DNA of 50,096 nucleotides from a virus (Duplodnaviria; Caudoviricetes): IMG/VR virus record IMGVR_UViG_3300028396_000011, positions 1 to 50,096 of that record; one strand, 5' to 3'. Shown piece by piece: positions 26,741 to 34,681 of this stretch (position 1 is its first letter; each line of letters starts with the position of its first letter). The notes under the pieces were generated by a model. It saw only the letters and a program-made list of their open reading frames with translations, ran no database searches and was not told where the DNA came from. The position numbers and the translations under genes were made by a program.

Positions 26741-28426
26741 TTAATATCCAAACTCCGAATCAACGGGTGTATATGCCTGTTCCATTCTCATGTTTCTAAA
26801 CTGACTAAAGATGTCATTGACTTTAGGTCTTGACATAATTAAGTAGCGTAGCGCGTCATAAGCGTGGTCAGGTGCATTTGTATTAACATCTTCTGGGTTA
26901 GTTTTATCCAGAGGAAGACTTTGGAGTTCACGTATTAAGTTAGGACAGCTATTAAATATCTGTATCTTAGGTCTGCCACTTGGCTGCACTCTCAAGTATT
27001 CGTGGATTTGTATCTTCCCTTGTATTCTGTTTTTATCTGCTCTACGCAGCTTATGCCCTGCTCGTTGAAGTGTCTCTCCAACTGTAGGGCCTGTAGTACC
27101 TGTTCTGTTCCATGCCGCTGTGTCTAACACTCCCGGCACAGAGTAAGGGTCTGTTAGCTCCATATTAGTAATCATCTGAGCTAAATCAACACCTGTTAGT
27201 CCTTTACGATATAACTCTCTGTATATAATCAGTGTGCCATCAGAGGGATCAACAGTACCCCAAACACAAGCACTTTCAGAAGCGTAGCCATAGTCAATTC
27301 CTTTTACCCTTTCCCAACCTACTGGGATTTCAAAAGGTGTTATAACATGCTCCATTACATCAAACTCTGTAAAGGCAGCACCTTCTGTAACATCCCAATT
27401 GCCTTCTAGAAGTTGCTTACGCTGTACCGCTGGTAGAGCTTTAAGCATTTGCTCATACCTACCATCTAAGGACAGATAGGGGTTATCTTCTAAACGGGCT
27501 GGTATAAAACGTCGTGTCAATCCATCATGGCCTGTAAAGCTCTCATTAGGCTCTGATGGGTTCACATAACGCTTCTTTACCCATGTTGCACCAGCACCAC
27601 CGGGGTTAGCTGTACAACGCATGTACGGCGTAATCTCAGGGTCTGTAGTACGCAGTCTTGATGCTAGGTAGTTCCAAGAAAACTCTGTTGATAGGTGAGT
27701 AATCTCATCAAAACCAATCCAACTATAAGCTTGTCCTTGATAGCGGTATACATCTGCATCTCTTTCAAGGAAGCCAAACTCTAGTTTAGCACCACTAGGG
27801 AATGTCCAGATCTTTTCAACTTCTCTGAACTTACATCCCGGAAAAGCCTTAGGGTATAACTCCCTAGACTTATCTATAAGCTCCCTCAGTTCAGGCATGG
27901 AGCGTCTTAATATCAACGCCCTGTGAGCAGCCCTGTGTGCGAATCTGAGGGGATCTACGAGCATAGCATAGGACTTACCACCCCCTGCTGCGCCACCATA
28001 CAATACGTCCGTCTCTGGAGCCGCTAGGAAGTCTGTCTGCGGCCCATCATTAGGTTTGAAGATAATATTTTCAAGGGCTTCTTCTTTTACTTTTTTAGGA
28101 AGCTGTGCTATATTATCTTCTGTAAGTACTTTACCTTCAACAGCTTTTTCGTTATTATCTAGTTTAGCAAGTGTAGCTTTAGAAGTTTTTAAAGCAGTCT
28201 TTTGATTTTTAATCTTAGCTTCTGCTTTTGCAATAAGTTTTTCTTTTACACGTACTGCTTTCTTAGCAGCCATTTTATTTTGAGTAGCTCTGCTGTAATG
28301 ATAGCCTCTAGATTTAGATCCTTTGGCTCTGCCAGACTTCTTTCTAGGCGTCCCGTCTACTTTTAATACAAAGTTTCCATCAGCATCTGTCTGGTATTTG
28401 TCAGGATTTATATCCCAATCATTCAT
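26741..28426 (-). CDS. terL: Terminase large subunit
   Basis: Walker A YGGAAGGGKS, Walker B IGFDE, TANPGG, nuclease GIDYG and DHAYDALRY. Confidence 0.96.
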   Translation of the reverse strand: MNDWDINPDKYQTDADGNFVLKVDGTPRKKSGRAKGSKSRGYHYSRATQNKMAAKKAVRVKEKLIAKAEAKIKNQKTALKTSKATLAKLDNNEKAVEGKVLTEDNIAQLPKKVKEEALENIIFKPNDGPQTDFLAAPETDVLYGGAAGGGKSYAMLVDPLRFAHRAAHRALILRRSMPELRELIDKSRELYPKAFPGCKFREVEKIWTFPSGAKLEFGFLERDADVYRYQGQAYSWIGFDEITHLSTEFSWNYLASRLRTTDPEITPYMRCTANPGGAGATWVKKRYVNPSEPNESFTGHDGLTRRFIPARLEDNPYLSLDGRYEQMLKALPAVQRKQLLEGNWDVTEGAAFTEFDVMEHVITPFEIPVGWERVKGIDYGYASESACVWGTVDPSDGTLIIYRELYRKGLTGVDLAQMITNMELTDPYSVPGVLDTAAWNRTGTTGPTVGETLQRAGHKLRRADKNRIQGKIQIHEYLRVQPSGRPKIQIFNSCPNLIRELQSLPLDKTNPEDVNTNAPDHAYDALRYLIMSRPKVNDIFSQFRNMRMEQAYTPVDSEFGY

Positions 28427-28643
28427 TATCTACAATCTTCTTTAGACCGGCATGACTTAGTTTACGGCCTGTCTTGTATTCAACCCACATAGCTCCTTCG
28501 CGCAAACTTAAAGACCTATCTTTTATCAGAGGCTTTATTTCTTCTAATATATTTAGTTGTTCTGGAACCTCTTCTAGAAACTTAGTATCTTCAGAAAGCA
28601 CATATCCAAATGGAATTGTAGAACTTGACCTACGTTTCAACAT
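28419..28643 (-). CDS. Small DNA-binding-like protein (IPFGY motif)
   Basis: PFGY followed by an HTH-like SLREGA...LSHAGLKK, resembling the serine-recombinase DNA-binding subdomain. Confidence 0.6.
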   Translation of the reverse strand: MLKRRSSSTIPFGYVLSEDTKFLEEVPEQLNILEEIKPLIKDRSLSLREGAMWVEYKTGRKLSHAGLKKIVDNE

Positions 28644-29013
28644 TAATTACTACCTCTTCTTTAGCGGGTAGCACAAAAATCCCTCCTTCTACCTTATGAC
28701 TGACATCTAGTTTGTCTGCTTTTCCTAGCCCTGTGCGATCTAAAATCGTTTGGGCTGCCTGTAGTCTTACATTGACTTGAGGCATAGGTGTTTCAGACTC
28801 CATAACTTGCACAAGCTTCATGGCAGCTTTAGGTGCAGATTGAGCTAGAATATTAGAGGCTAGATCTATTATCTCATTTTTTAAGGCTTTAGTCACTTGC
28901 CAATGAGTGTTAGGAGCATAGCCTGCTAAATCTGCTGCTTGCTTTGGATCACCTCCTGTCTCGACTAAATAATCTAAAAAAGTCTGTTGCTTTGTTGTCA
29001 ATTCTTTTTTCAT
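28630..29013 (-). CDS. terS: Terminase small subunit
   Basis: LTTKQQTFL...AADLAGY HTH, AAQTILDRTG, FVLPAK C-terminus; upstream of TerL. Confidence 0.85.
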   Translation of the reverse strand: MKKELTTKQQTFLDYLVETGGDPKQAADLAGYAPNTHWQVTKALKNEIIDLASNILAQSAPKAAMKLVQVMESETPMPQVNVRLQAAQTILDRTGLGKADKLDVSHKVEGGIFVLPAKEEVVINVET

Positions 29014-29019
29014 TGTTTT

Positions 29020-29048
29020 ATTATAAGGGTAGTTTACAGATTTGTCAA
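29020..29048 (-). promoter_or_regulatory. Perfect-consensus sigma70 promoter (leftward, structural arm)
   Basis: TTGACA (29048-29043)-17 bp-TATAAT (29025-29020). Confidence 0.9.
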
Positions 29049-29056
29049 GTTTTTTC

Positions 29057-29085
29057 TTGACAAATCTGTAAATTAACTCTATAAT
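29057..29085 (+). promoter_or_regulatory. Perfect-consensus sigma70 promoter (rightward)
   Basis: TTGACA (29057-29062)-17 bp-TATAAT (29080-29085). Confidence 0.9.
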
Positions 29086-29298
29086 ATTTATAGACCCACC
29101 GGGGCTATATCTATATATACTTGCCCTCTTTGAAGGTCTTTGAAGACCCGCCCAAACTGGTACACACTACTTCTGGCTCATATGAGGTTGTGGAGACTTT
29201 GAAGACCCTTCCAAACTGGTTGACATCACTTTTGGTTCAAAATGTATATGATTTAGTATATATAGGGGGTGGGGGGTATGGCCTCCTGCCCGGCCCCT

Positions 29299-29763
29299 CC
29301 AAGTTCTCTAAAGAACTTGGCAAACTCCATTATTCTTCCGCGCATACTTTAAAGTCTTTAGAGACTTTAAAGCAGATCCCTCCCAGACTCTAAAGTCTAA
29401 GAAGACTTTAGAGGCTGAGCCCTCCTGAGAATTTTAAAGACTTCTAGTTTACAAAGTAAACTGAAGTCTTTTTAGTCTTTGAAGTTTAGAATAAACTTCA
29501 AAGTTCTTTATAGCTTTCAAGAACTTGAAAGCTATTTAACTCCCAAGCTGCCAAATCCATCTAGCTCCTCCTAAGAGGAGCTAACAGACTCCAAAGTTTA
29601 AAAGACCCAAGGGGTCTTTTACATTTCCACATAGTCCTATTAAGCCTTCTTAGGCTTAATAGGACTATGTGGATAAGGTTTGACTATCTTTAAAATATTC
29701 AGAAGAAGTCTTACGACTTCTGAATATTTTAAAGATAGTCAAACCTAGGAAGGGCTTCGGCTC
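29299..29763. repeat. Array of about 11 adjacent inverted repeats
   Basis: Stems of 9-32 bp at 29299, 29347, 29388, 29436, 29477, 29510, 29562, 29599, 29626 and 29676, plus a small UUCG hairpin at 29752. Confidence 0.93.
29676..29746. promoter_or_regulatory. Bulged hairpin A (GTC-TTAC-GAC family)
   Basis: 32-bp stem, TTAC loop, extra GAA on the 5' arm. Confidence 0.85.
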
Positions 29764-29794
29764 GACGAAAAATTACACAATCGGGAAAACGATT

Positions 29795-30169
29795 ATGGCT
29801 AAGTATGATTTGACAAAACCTGCGACCGACAAAGCGATCTATGCCTGTGCTGCGACTTTGGCATATAAATTCATCGGTGAGAATGATCTCAAGAAGTTTG
29901 AGTTTAATAAACTCAAAGCCCGCTTTGGCGCTTCGATCAAGTCGGTTCACGAAGGACAGCCTTTGGCTGGGGATATCAATAAATTATTTTCGGTGAAAAA
30001 AATCAACGGTAAGACTTCCGCTGCGTCGAAGTATATCAAAGTTCTCCGAACTGATGACTTGAAATCCAACAAAGAAGTTAAAATCACTGCAAATCCAAAG
30101 CAGTCAAAGAACTTTAAAACCTCTTCGGCTCCTCGTCTTGCGACTGCCGCTGATCTCGGAATGATCTAA
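29795..30169 (+). CDS. First early protein, basic hypothetical (124 aa)
   Basis: ATG after a purine-rich GGGAAA; followed by a terminator. Confidence 0.8.
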   Translation: MAKYDLTKPATDKAIYACAATLAYKFIGENDLKKFEFNKLKARFGASIKSVHEGQPLAGDINKLFSVKKINGKTSAASKYIKVLRTDDLKSNKEVKITANPKQSKNFKTSSAPRLATAADLGMI

Positions 30170-30177
30170 TTTAACTT

Positions 30178-30198
30178 GGCCCCCTTCGGGGGGCTTTT
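30178..30198 (+). terminator. Intrinsic terminator-like hairpin
   Basis: GGCCCCC-TTCG-GGGGGCT followed by TTT. Confidence 0.75.
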
Positions 30199-30207
30199 GG
30201 AGTTTTT

Positions 30208-30297
30208 ATGGATAAATATAATTTAGATATTTGGATACCAGTGGTTGCACTATTAGCAGCTCCGCTGACCCCATTCATACTTGTAATTTTTTCTTAG
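30208..30297 (+). CDS. 29-aa single-TM peptide (not in ORF track)
   Basis: SD GGAG; MDKYNLDIWIPVVALLAAPLTPFILVIFS; the stop overlaps the next SD (TAGGAG). Confidence 0.6.
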   Translation: MDKYNLDIWIPVVALLAAPLTPFILVIFS

Positions 30298-30305
30298 GAG
30301 TCAAT

Positions 30306-30575
30306 ATGACTAATTCTGTTGTTGTCGATGAGCGCCGTGATGTATCTTTTGAACTTATGCAATTGATGAAGTTTGAACATGCAGTTGATATGTTAACTTC
30401 TGAACTTGGTAGTCTTCAAATGAATCCTGAACTTCATACTGCGGTGTTAGCGAGATTTGAAGATGTGGTGGCTGCCAAGTTTAATAAAACTAAAGTTTGG
30501 CAGATTGATAAATGGGATGTCGCGCAAATGATCGTGATGTTAGCTCAAAGAATTACCCCGGAGGATTCCGCTTAG
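30306..30575 (+). CDS. Hypothetical early protein (89 aa)
   Basis: SD AGGAG with ATG at 30306, in frame with track ORF 30231. Confidence 0.75.
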   Translation: MTNSVVVDERRDVSFELMQLMKFEHAVDMLTSELGSLQMNPELHTAVLARFEDVVAAKFNKTKVWQIDKWDVAQMIVMLAQRITPEDSA

Positions 30576-30670
30576 TTACAAACTAAAATTATAACCATTA
30601 GTATGGTTATGGTGCAGCTTCCTGAGATGGTAGCCAATCCGGATTCTTGCGGCTGCACTAATTAAATAAT

Positions 30671-30691
30671 GGGAGCTACGGCTCCCTTTTT
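30671..30691 (+). terminator. Intrinsic terminator overlapping hairpin B
   Basis: GGGAGC-TACG-GCTCCC-TTTTT. Confidence 0.75.
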
Positions 30692-30735
30692 AATCTTTAG
30701 AGGAGGTCTTACGACCTCTAAAGATTAAAAAGGGA
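30683..30735. promoter_or_regulatory. Bulged hairpin B (GTC-TTAC-GAC family)
   Basis: 23-bp stem, TTAC loop, extra GAG on the 5' arm. Confidence 0.85.
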
Positions 30736-30749
30736 ACAGGAGAAAACAT

Positions 30750-31559
30750 TTGGTTAATAGAATAAACGCAATAACTTTGAAGACTATTAAACCTATTAAG
30801 GAGTATATATATAATTATAATTTACCTTTAATGGGGTTTAATAGCTCTACTAAGATCTTAAAAGGCTTTAAAAAGCAAGAGTATACCACAGGTATATTGT
30901 ATTTGCAACCCGCTGATCTTGTGGCGCGTAATACTTTATGTGCTTATGCTGATGTTGCTGGGTGTAAAGAACCCTGCCTTAGATCTTCGGGCCGACTTGG
31001 AATGTCCAATGCTCAGAGGGCTATGACTCGTAGAACTGTGCAATATCTTGAAGATCCCGATGGCTTCAAAGAAAGATTACGGGCCGAGATACTACGCAAT
31101 GAGACTGACAATTATTGCATTAGACTGAACGGCACTAGTGATGTGGTGTGGACTGATCTTATCGCATCGTTACCTAACATACAATTTTATGATTACACAA
31201 AGGTTCTACACCGTGTTACTCGTAATGTTTTGTCTAACTATCATCTCACATTTTCGGCATCATTGAATAGTGTCAAGACTATTGGGCAACTTAAAACTGC
31301 TACAGATCTTGGACTCAACATTGCAATATCCTTTAATACTAAAGAGTGCAGAGGCGAGTTCAAGATACCTAATAACATACAGTTGTTTGGTAATACTGTA
31401 GAGTTAGCAGACTTTGATGCCACCGACTTGAGATTTTTAGATGAGGATGGCACCGTCGGTAAATTAACACGAAAAGGATCTACAAAACTAGAAAGACTCA
31501 AGGGGCAAGGCGATTTAAATTTCTTTGCAGATCCTAATAATTTACAGTTGGTCGCTTGA
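30750..31559 (+). CDS. GP88-family protein (start uncertain)
   Basis: LC......GC...CL, IRLNGTSD, FYDYTK, NYHLTFS, DLRFLD motifs. Confidence 0.75.
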   Translation: MVNRINAITLKTIKPIKEYIYNYNLPLMGFNSSTKILKGFKKQEYTTGILYLQPADLVARNTLCAYADVAGCKEPCLRSSGRLGMSNAQRAMTRRTVQYLEDPDGFKERLRAEILRNETDNYCIRLNGTSDVVWTDLIASLPNIQFYDYTKVLHRVTRNVLSNYHLTFSASLNSVKTIGQLKTATDLGLNIAISFNTKECRGEFKIPNNIQLFGNTVELADFDATDLRFLDEDGTVGKLTRKGSTKLERLKGQGDLNFFADPNNLQLVA

Positions 31560-31584
31560 CATCGCAGTTAAAATACTTTAAGAT
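31556..31584 (+). promoter_or_regulatory. Sigma70-type promoter
   Basis: TTGACA-17 bp-TAAGAT immediately before hairpin C. Confidence 0.7.
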
Positions 31585-31587
31585 TCT

Positions 31588-31637
31588 CCCTAGAAAACTA
31601 GGAAGGAGGTCTTACGACCTTCCTAGTTTTTCTAGGG
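31588..31637. promoter_or_regulatory. Bulged hairpin C (GTC-TTAC-GAC family)
   Basis: About 21-bp stem, TTAC loop, extra AGG on the 5' arm, one extra T on the 3' arm. Confidence 0.85.
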
Positions 31638-31744
31638 GTACGGTTGGAGGCACCGTGAAGCCTGACCCGCCACCTCCCTTGTGGAGCCTTTAAAGAGTGG
31701 CAATGAGCAGCTGGCAACTCATAATTTTATAATCAGGAGTTCGT

Positions 31745-32701
31745 ATGAACACAGTTAGTTTTTTGTTTGGAAACAATTCAGAAGTTGATAATCTGCGAAA
31801 TGCTGGATACGGCGAAGCAGACTTTGAAGTTGTCTCTACGCCAGTATTATATAAGGCAGGGGGTACGGATAAATTTGGAGGTATACTTAAACTTGAAGGT
31901 AAAAATGTTTACTACCGCGAAGATACCGGCGATGCTCTGGCGATCCACGGCGACCGCTACAAGCCAGTGTCACATACTAAAATGATTGACACTGCTCGTA
32001 ATGTATTGGAGCGCAGCAACTTGAGCCTTCGGAACATTAAAGAAACTATTCAAGTGGGAGATGATGGTGCAGTTTGTTTTGTGCGGCATCAGCTGCCTAA
32101 TCATGAGATCACAACTCCCGATGGCGACACGGCTATTCTTGAAATGCTCCATATCAATTCATTCAATTCTGTATGGCCCTACCAAGCGACTGTTGGAGCA
32201 TTGCAAAATGCTTGCACAAACCATCAAGTATTCCTTGGGCAGACCGCTGGAATCTACAAAGCTCGACACACTAACAAGCTCAGTGTGGATCAAGGCGCTC
32301 ACCAAATGAATAAGATAATGAGTATCCTCGATACTCAAAATGAGATCTGGGCTGAGTGGTCTAACACTCCTGTTGGTCGCAAGGAAGCCTTTAGTTATAT
32401 TGCAGAGGCGACAGGTTCTAAGTTTGCACTTGGTAAACTAAAAGAAGGTGAGGATACTTATTCAATCATGGCTATGCCGACGGCCTATAATAATTCTTCT
32501 TTGGTTTATGCTTGGCACCAATACAATGGAAGATACAAGCCAACAATGGGTGAAACTTACTGGGCTGTCTACAATGCTTTGACTGATTGGTCAAGCCACC
32601 ATGTAGGTACTCGAAAAAATACAAGGGACATTCCAGTTGCTCAAGTTAAGAAATCTGAAAAGGTACAACAAGTAATAGCAAAGTTCCCAATGGCAGCCTA
32701 A
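31745..32701 (+). CDS. DUF932/DUF945-family protein
   Basis: R.DTG..L...G.RYKPVSH, INSF, ACTN, YWAVYNALTDWSSH motifs; SD AGGAG. Confidence 0.8.
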   Translation: MNTVSFLFGNNSEVDNLRNAGYGEADFEVVSTPVLYKAGGTDKFGGILKLEGKNVYYREDTGDALAIHGDRYKPVSHTKMIDTARNVLERSNLSLRNIKETIQVGDDGAVCFVRHQLPNHEITTPDGDTAILEMLHINSFNSVWPYQATVGALQNACTNHQVFLGQTAGIYKARHTNKLSVDQGAHQMNKIMSILDTQNEIWAEWSNTPVGRKEAFSYIAEATGSKFALGKLKEGEDTYSIMAMPTAYNNSSLVYAWHQYNGRYKPTMGETYWAVYNALTDWSSHHVGTRKNTRDIPVAQVKKSEKVQQVIAKFPMAA

Positions 32702-32765
32702 CTCCTGACACCCTGAGCATGGTGAAAAACTGCTTCTTCCAATACCAGTACAGATAAGGAATTGT

Positions 32766-32999
32766 ATGAAAACTAGAATTCATGTTAATCAACATAACAT
32801 CAAGGCTAACGCCAAGGGTGCTGAGTTGCCGGTTATTACTGTCAAGGACTACAAACAAAATAGAAAGGCTAACCATGCCGCTGTTGTAGACTCTGAAGGT
32901 AAGGCACTGGTTAGTGTTTACTACTGCCCTGATAACCCACTGCCGTGTGGTGCTAAAGTTTGGATTGAAACTGAGTTGGAGGTTGTGACCGTTGGATAA
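32766..32999 (+). CDS. Conserved hypothetical phage protein (77 aa)
   Basis: IHVNQHNIK...PVITVK...PL.CGAKVWIET; SD AAGGA. Confidence 0.8.
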   Translation: MKTRIHVNQHNIKANAKGAELPVITVKDYKQNRKANHAAVVDSEGKALVSVYYCPDNPLPCGAKVWIETELEVVTVG

Positions 33000-33279
33000 G
33001 ATAGGTTCGTTTGTTGATCACTTTGTTATTTATTCTGATAGGCGGGAGGCTTTGATTCTAAATTGTGGTACTGTTTCAGCGTTTGAAGAAAGTTTGCGAG
33101 AGTTGATCTCTTCTGAAATTAGAGATACACTACTGGAGCGTGTGAAGGTATTAGATTATGACATGAAACTAGCTGAATCTAATCGCCATGTAAGTCCTCA
33201 ATATGACAGACTTAGAGATGCTAGAACTACTTTGATGCGTTTGCATAATGATCTTCTTTGGAATAAGGAAACTTCGTGA
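32992..33279 (+). CDS. Hypothetical protein
   Basis: SD GGAGG, TTG start, coupled to neighbours. Confidence 0.65.
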   Translation: MDKIGSFVDHFVIYSDRREALILNCGTVSAFEESLRELISSEIRDTLLERVKVLDYDMKLAESNRHVSPQYDRLRDARTTLMRLHNDLLWNKETS

Positions 33280-33509
33280 GTTCAATGTTTTATAAAGCTA
33301 TTAATTGTCAACGTAATCTTGATAACATATTTATCAATAGATACTGGCCTATCGGAAGACAGACCGCACCTACAGTAAACACTGTTCGTGTTTTAAAACT
33401 ACACAGGGAAGGGTATCGCCAAGTTAAAATTTGTAATAAATTAAATCTTGCTGCCTCCACTGTTAATCGTATTGTGAAAAACTCAGGTATAGATAGGGGC
33501 GATCCTTAA
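33276..33509 (+). CDS. HTH DNA-binding protein
   Basis: VLKLHREGYRQVKICNKLNLAASTVNRIVK. Confidence 0.7.
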   Translation: MSSMFYKAINCQRNLDNIFINRYWPIGRQTAPTVNTVRVLKLHREGYRQVKICNKLNLAASTVNRIVKNSGIDRGDP

Positions 33510-33700
33510 TGCAAAACCTTATAGACATGTGTAATCATATTCTTTACTACTCCACTATTTATTGTGGGTTTGAAGATGTCAATAATGAAATGCAAGAAGA
33601 TGCGCTGCGCTTAATGTTAAAACACGGCGAAGAGTTTCCTGAATCTTTTGTTAGACTTTATTTAAAAACCCAACTGGAGGATGCCAATGAGTGCTACTGA
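33509..33700 (+). CDS. Hypothetical protein
   Basis: TAATG coupling with the upstream gene. Confidence 0.6.
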   Translation: MQNLIDMCNHILYYSTIYCGFEDVNNEMQEDALRLMLKHGEEFPESFVRLYLKTQLEDANECY

Positions 33701-33911
33701 CCCACGAGAAGAATTTTGTAGTGAGATAGACGATTGGTGGTGCCAATTGTTTGCGTTACGAATCGGTGCCAGCCCACCTTCGGATAGACTTAAACATAGA
33801 TTTATTTCTTTTGTAGAAGAAAGATGTTCTGAAGTAGGCTGCTGGAAAATTCAAGATAGCGATCTTTCTATTATGTTTTCTGAATTTATTGAAAGGCTAG
33901 GTGAATGGTAA
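33681..33911 (+). CDS. Hypothetical protein
   Basis: SD GGAGG; the start may be 33687. Confidence 0.6.
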   Translation: MPMSATDPREEFCSEIDDWWCQLFALRIGASPPSDRLKHRFISFVEERCSEVGCWKIQDSDLSIMFSEFIERLGEW

Positions 33912-34198
33912 AAGATATTTTAAAACTTAAAAGTTTCTTGCTTAACCCTAAGCGCAGTGATGAGTTTAAGACTTGGTATTATCTAGACGGCTGGCGGATG
34001 TGTAAAATTAAAATAGGTAGTAAAAAATGTACAGTCGTACCCTTGTTTGGCAAGGGTAAAATAACTTTAACTATCAGAGCTTTAAAGGAGGAACTTAAAT
34101 CTATTTATTGGTATGCGGCACGTTGCGATGCCAGTAAACTTGCCCGTGAAAATGGATTGAAAAAAAGAAAATTGCAATGGGAAAGAAATTATGCTTGA
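33905..34198 (+). CDS. Hypothetical protein
   Basis: Coupled ORF; DGWR...IKIG.K motif. Confidence 0.6.
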   Translation: MVKDILKLKSFLLNPKRSDEFKTWYYLDGWRMCKIKIGSKKCTVVPLFGKGKITLTIRALKEELKSIYWYAARCDASKLARENGLKKRKLQWERNYA

Positions 34199-34223
34199 CA
34201 TGATTTCTTACTCAATGTATAAT
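34195..34223 (+). promoter_or_regulatory. Perfect-consensus sigma70 promoter for the replication genes
   Basis: TTGACA-17 bp-TATAAT upstream of ssb. Confidence 0.9.
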
Positions 34224-34255
34224 CTCCCCACCAAAACCAAACGAGAGGTATAAAA

Positions 34256-34681
34256 ATGGCAGTATTAGAAGGCACAGCATATTGGGCTTTTGTTACTAAC
34301 CCTAACACAACTTACGAGCCGTGCTACACGGTTAATCTAGTTGTAGATAATGCGACGGCGCAGGCATTTGAAGATCGTGGTTTCACTGTTAAACAAATGA
34401 ATGAAGGCCCTGCTATCATTATTAAACGTAAAGTCAACGGGCCGAACGGAATGATTCGTAAGGCTCCCATTCTTATGGACAGACGTAAACAAGAAATTGA
34501 TGTTAACGTCGGCAATGGTTCGCATGTCAAAGTGCAATATAAAGAATGGGAATCGCAATGGAATGGAAAGACTTTCAAAGGTCTTGACTTTATGAAGATG
34601 CAAGTATTAGATCTTGTAGAATATAATAACGGAGATGTTGATGAGTTTGATATTGAAGGTGAAGAGGAGGCAGAACTTTGA
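34256..34681 (+). CDS. ssb: Single-stranded DNA-binding protein
   Basis: G.AYWA....PN, VGNGS.VKV, QVLDLVEY, acidic tail; upstream of the primase. Confidence 0.8.
   Translation: MAVLEGTAYWAFVTNPNTTYEPCYTVNLVVDNATAQAFEDRGFTVKQMNEGPAIIIKRKVNGPNGMIRKAPILMDRRKQEIDVNVGNGSHVKVQYKEWESQWNGKTFKGLDFMKMQVLDLVEYNNGDVDEFDIEGEEEAEL

Noticed and set aside
28419-28643. Integrase/serine recombinase implying lysogeny
   Set aside because: Only a 74-aa PFGY fragment with no catalytic domain; no repressor or att evidence.
2518-28671. + strand ORFs within the structural arm (e.g. 6898-7536, 10136-10735)
   Set aside because: Antisense shadows of long - strand genes, with no recognisable motifs.
29220-29250. Additional TTGACA promoter
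   Set aside because: No good -10 box at 16-18 bp spacing.
29121-29393. 90-aa ORF in the intergenic control region
   Set aside because: TTG start without an SD; it runs through repeats, a G-tract and palindromes, so it is probably spurious.
29299-29763. CRISPR array or terminator cluster
   Set aside because: No constant repeat with unique spacers; stems are AT-rich and mostly lack U tails.
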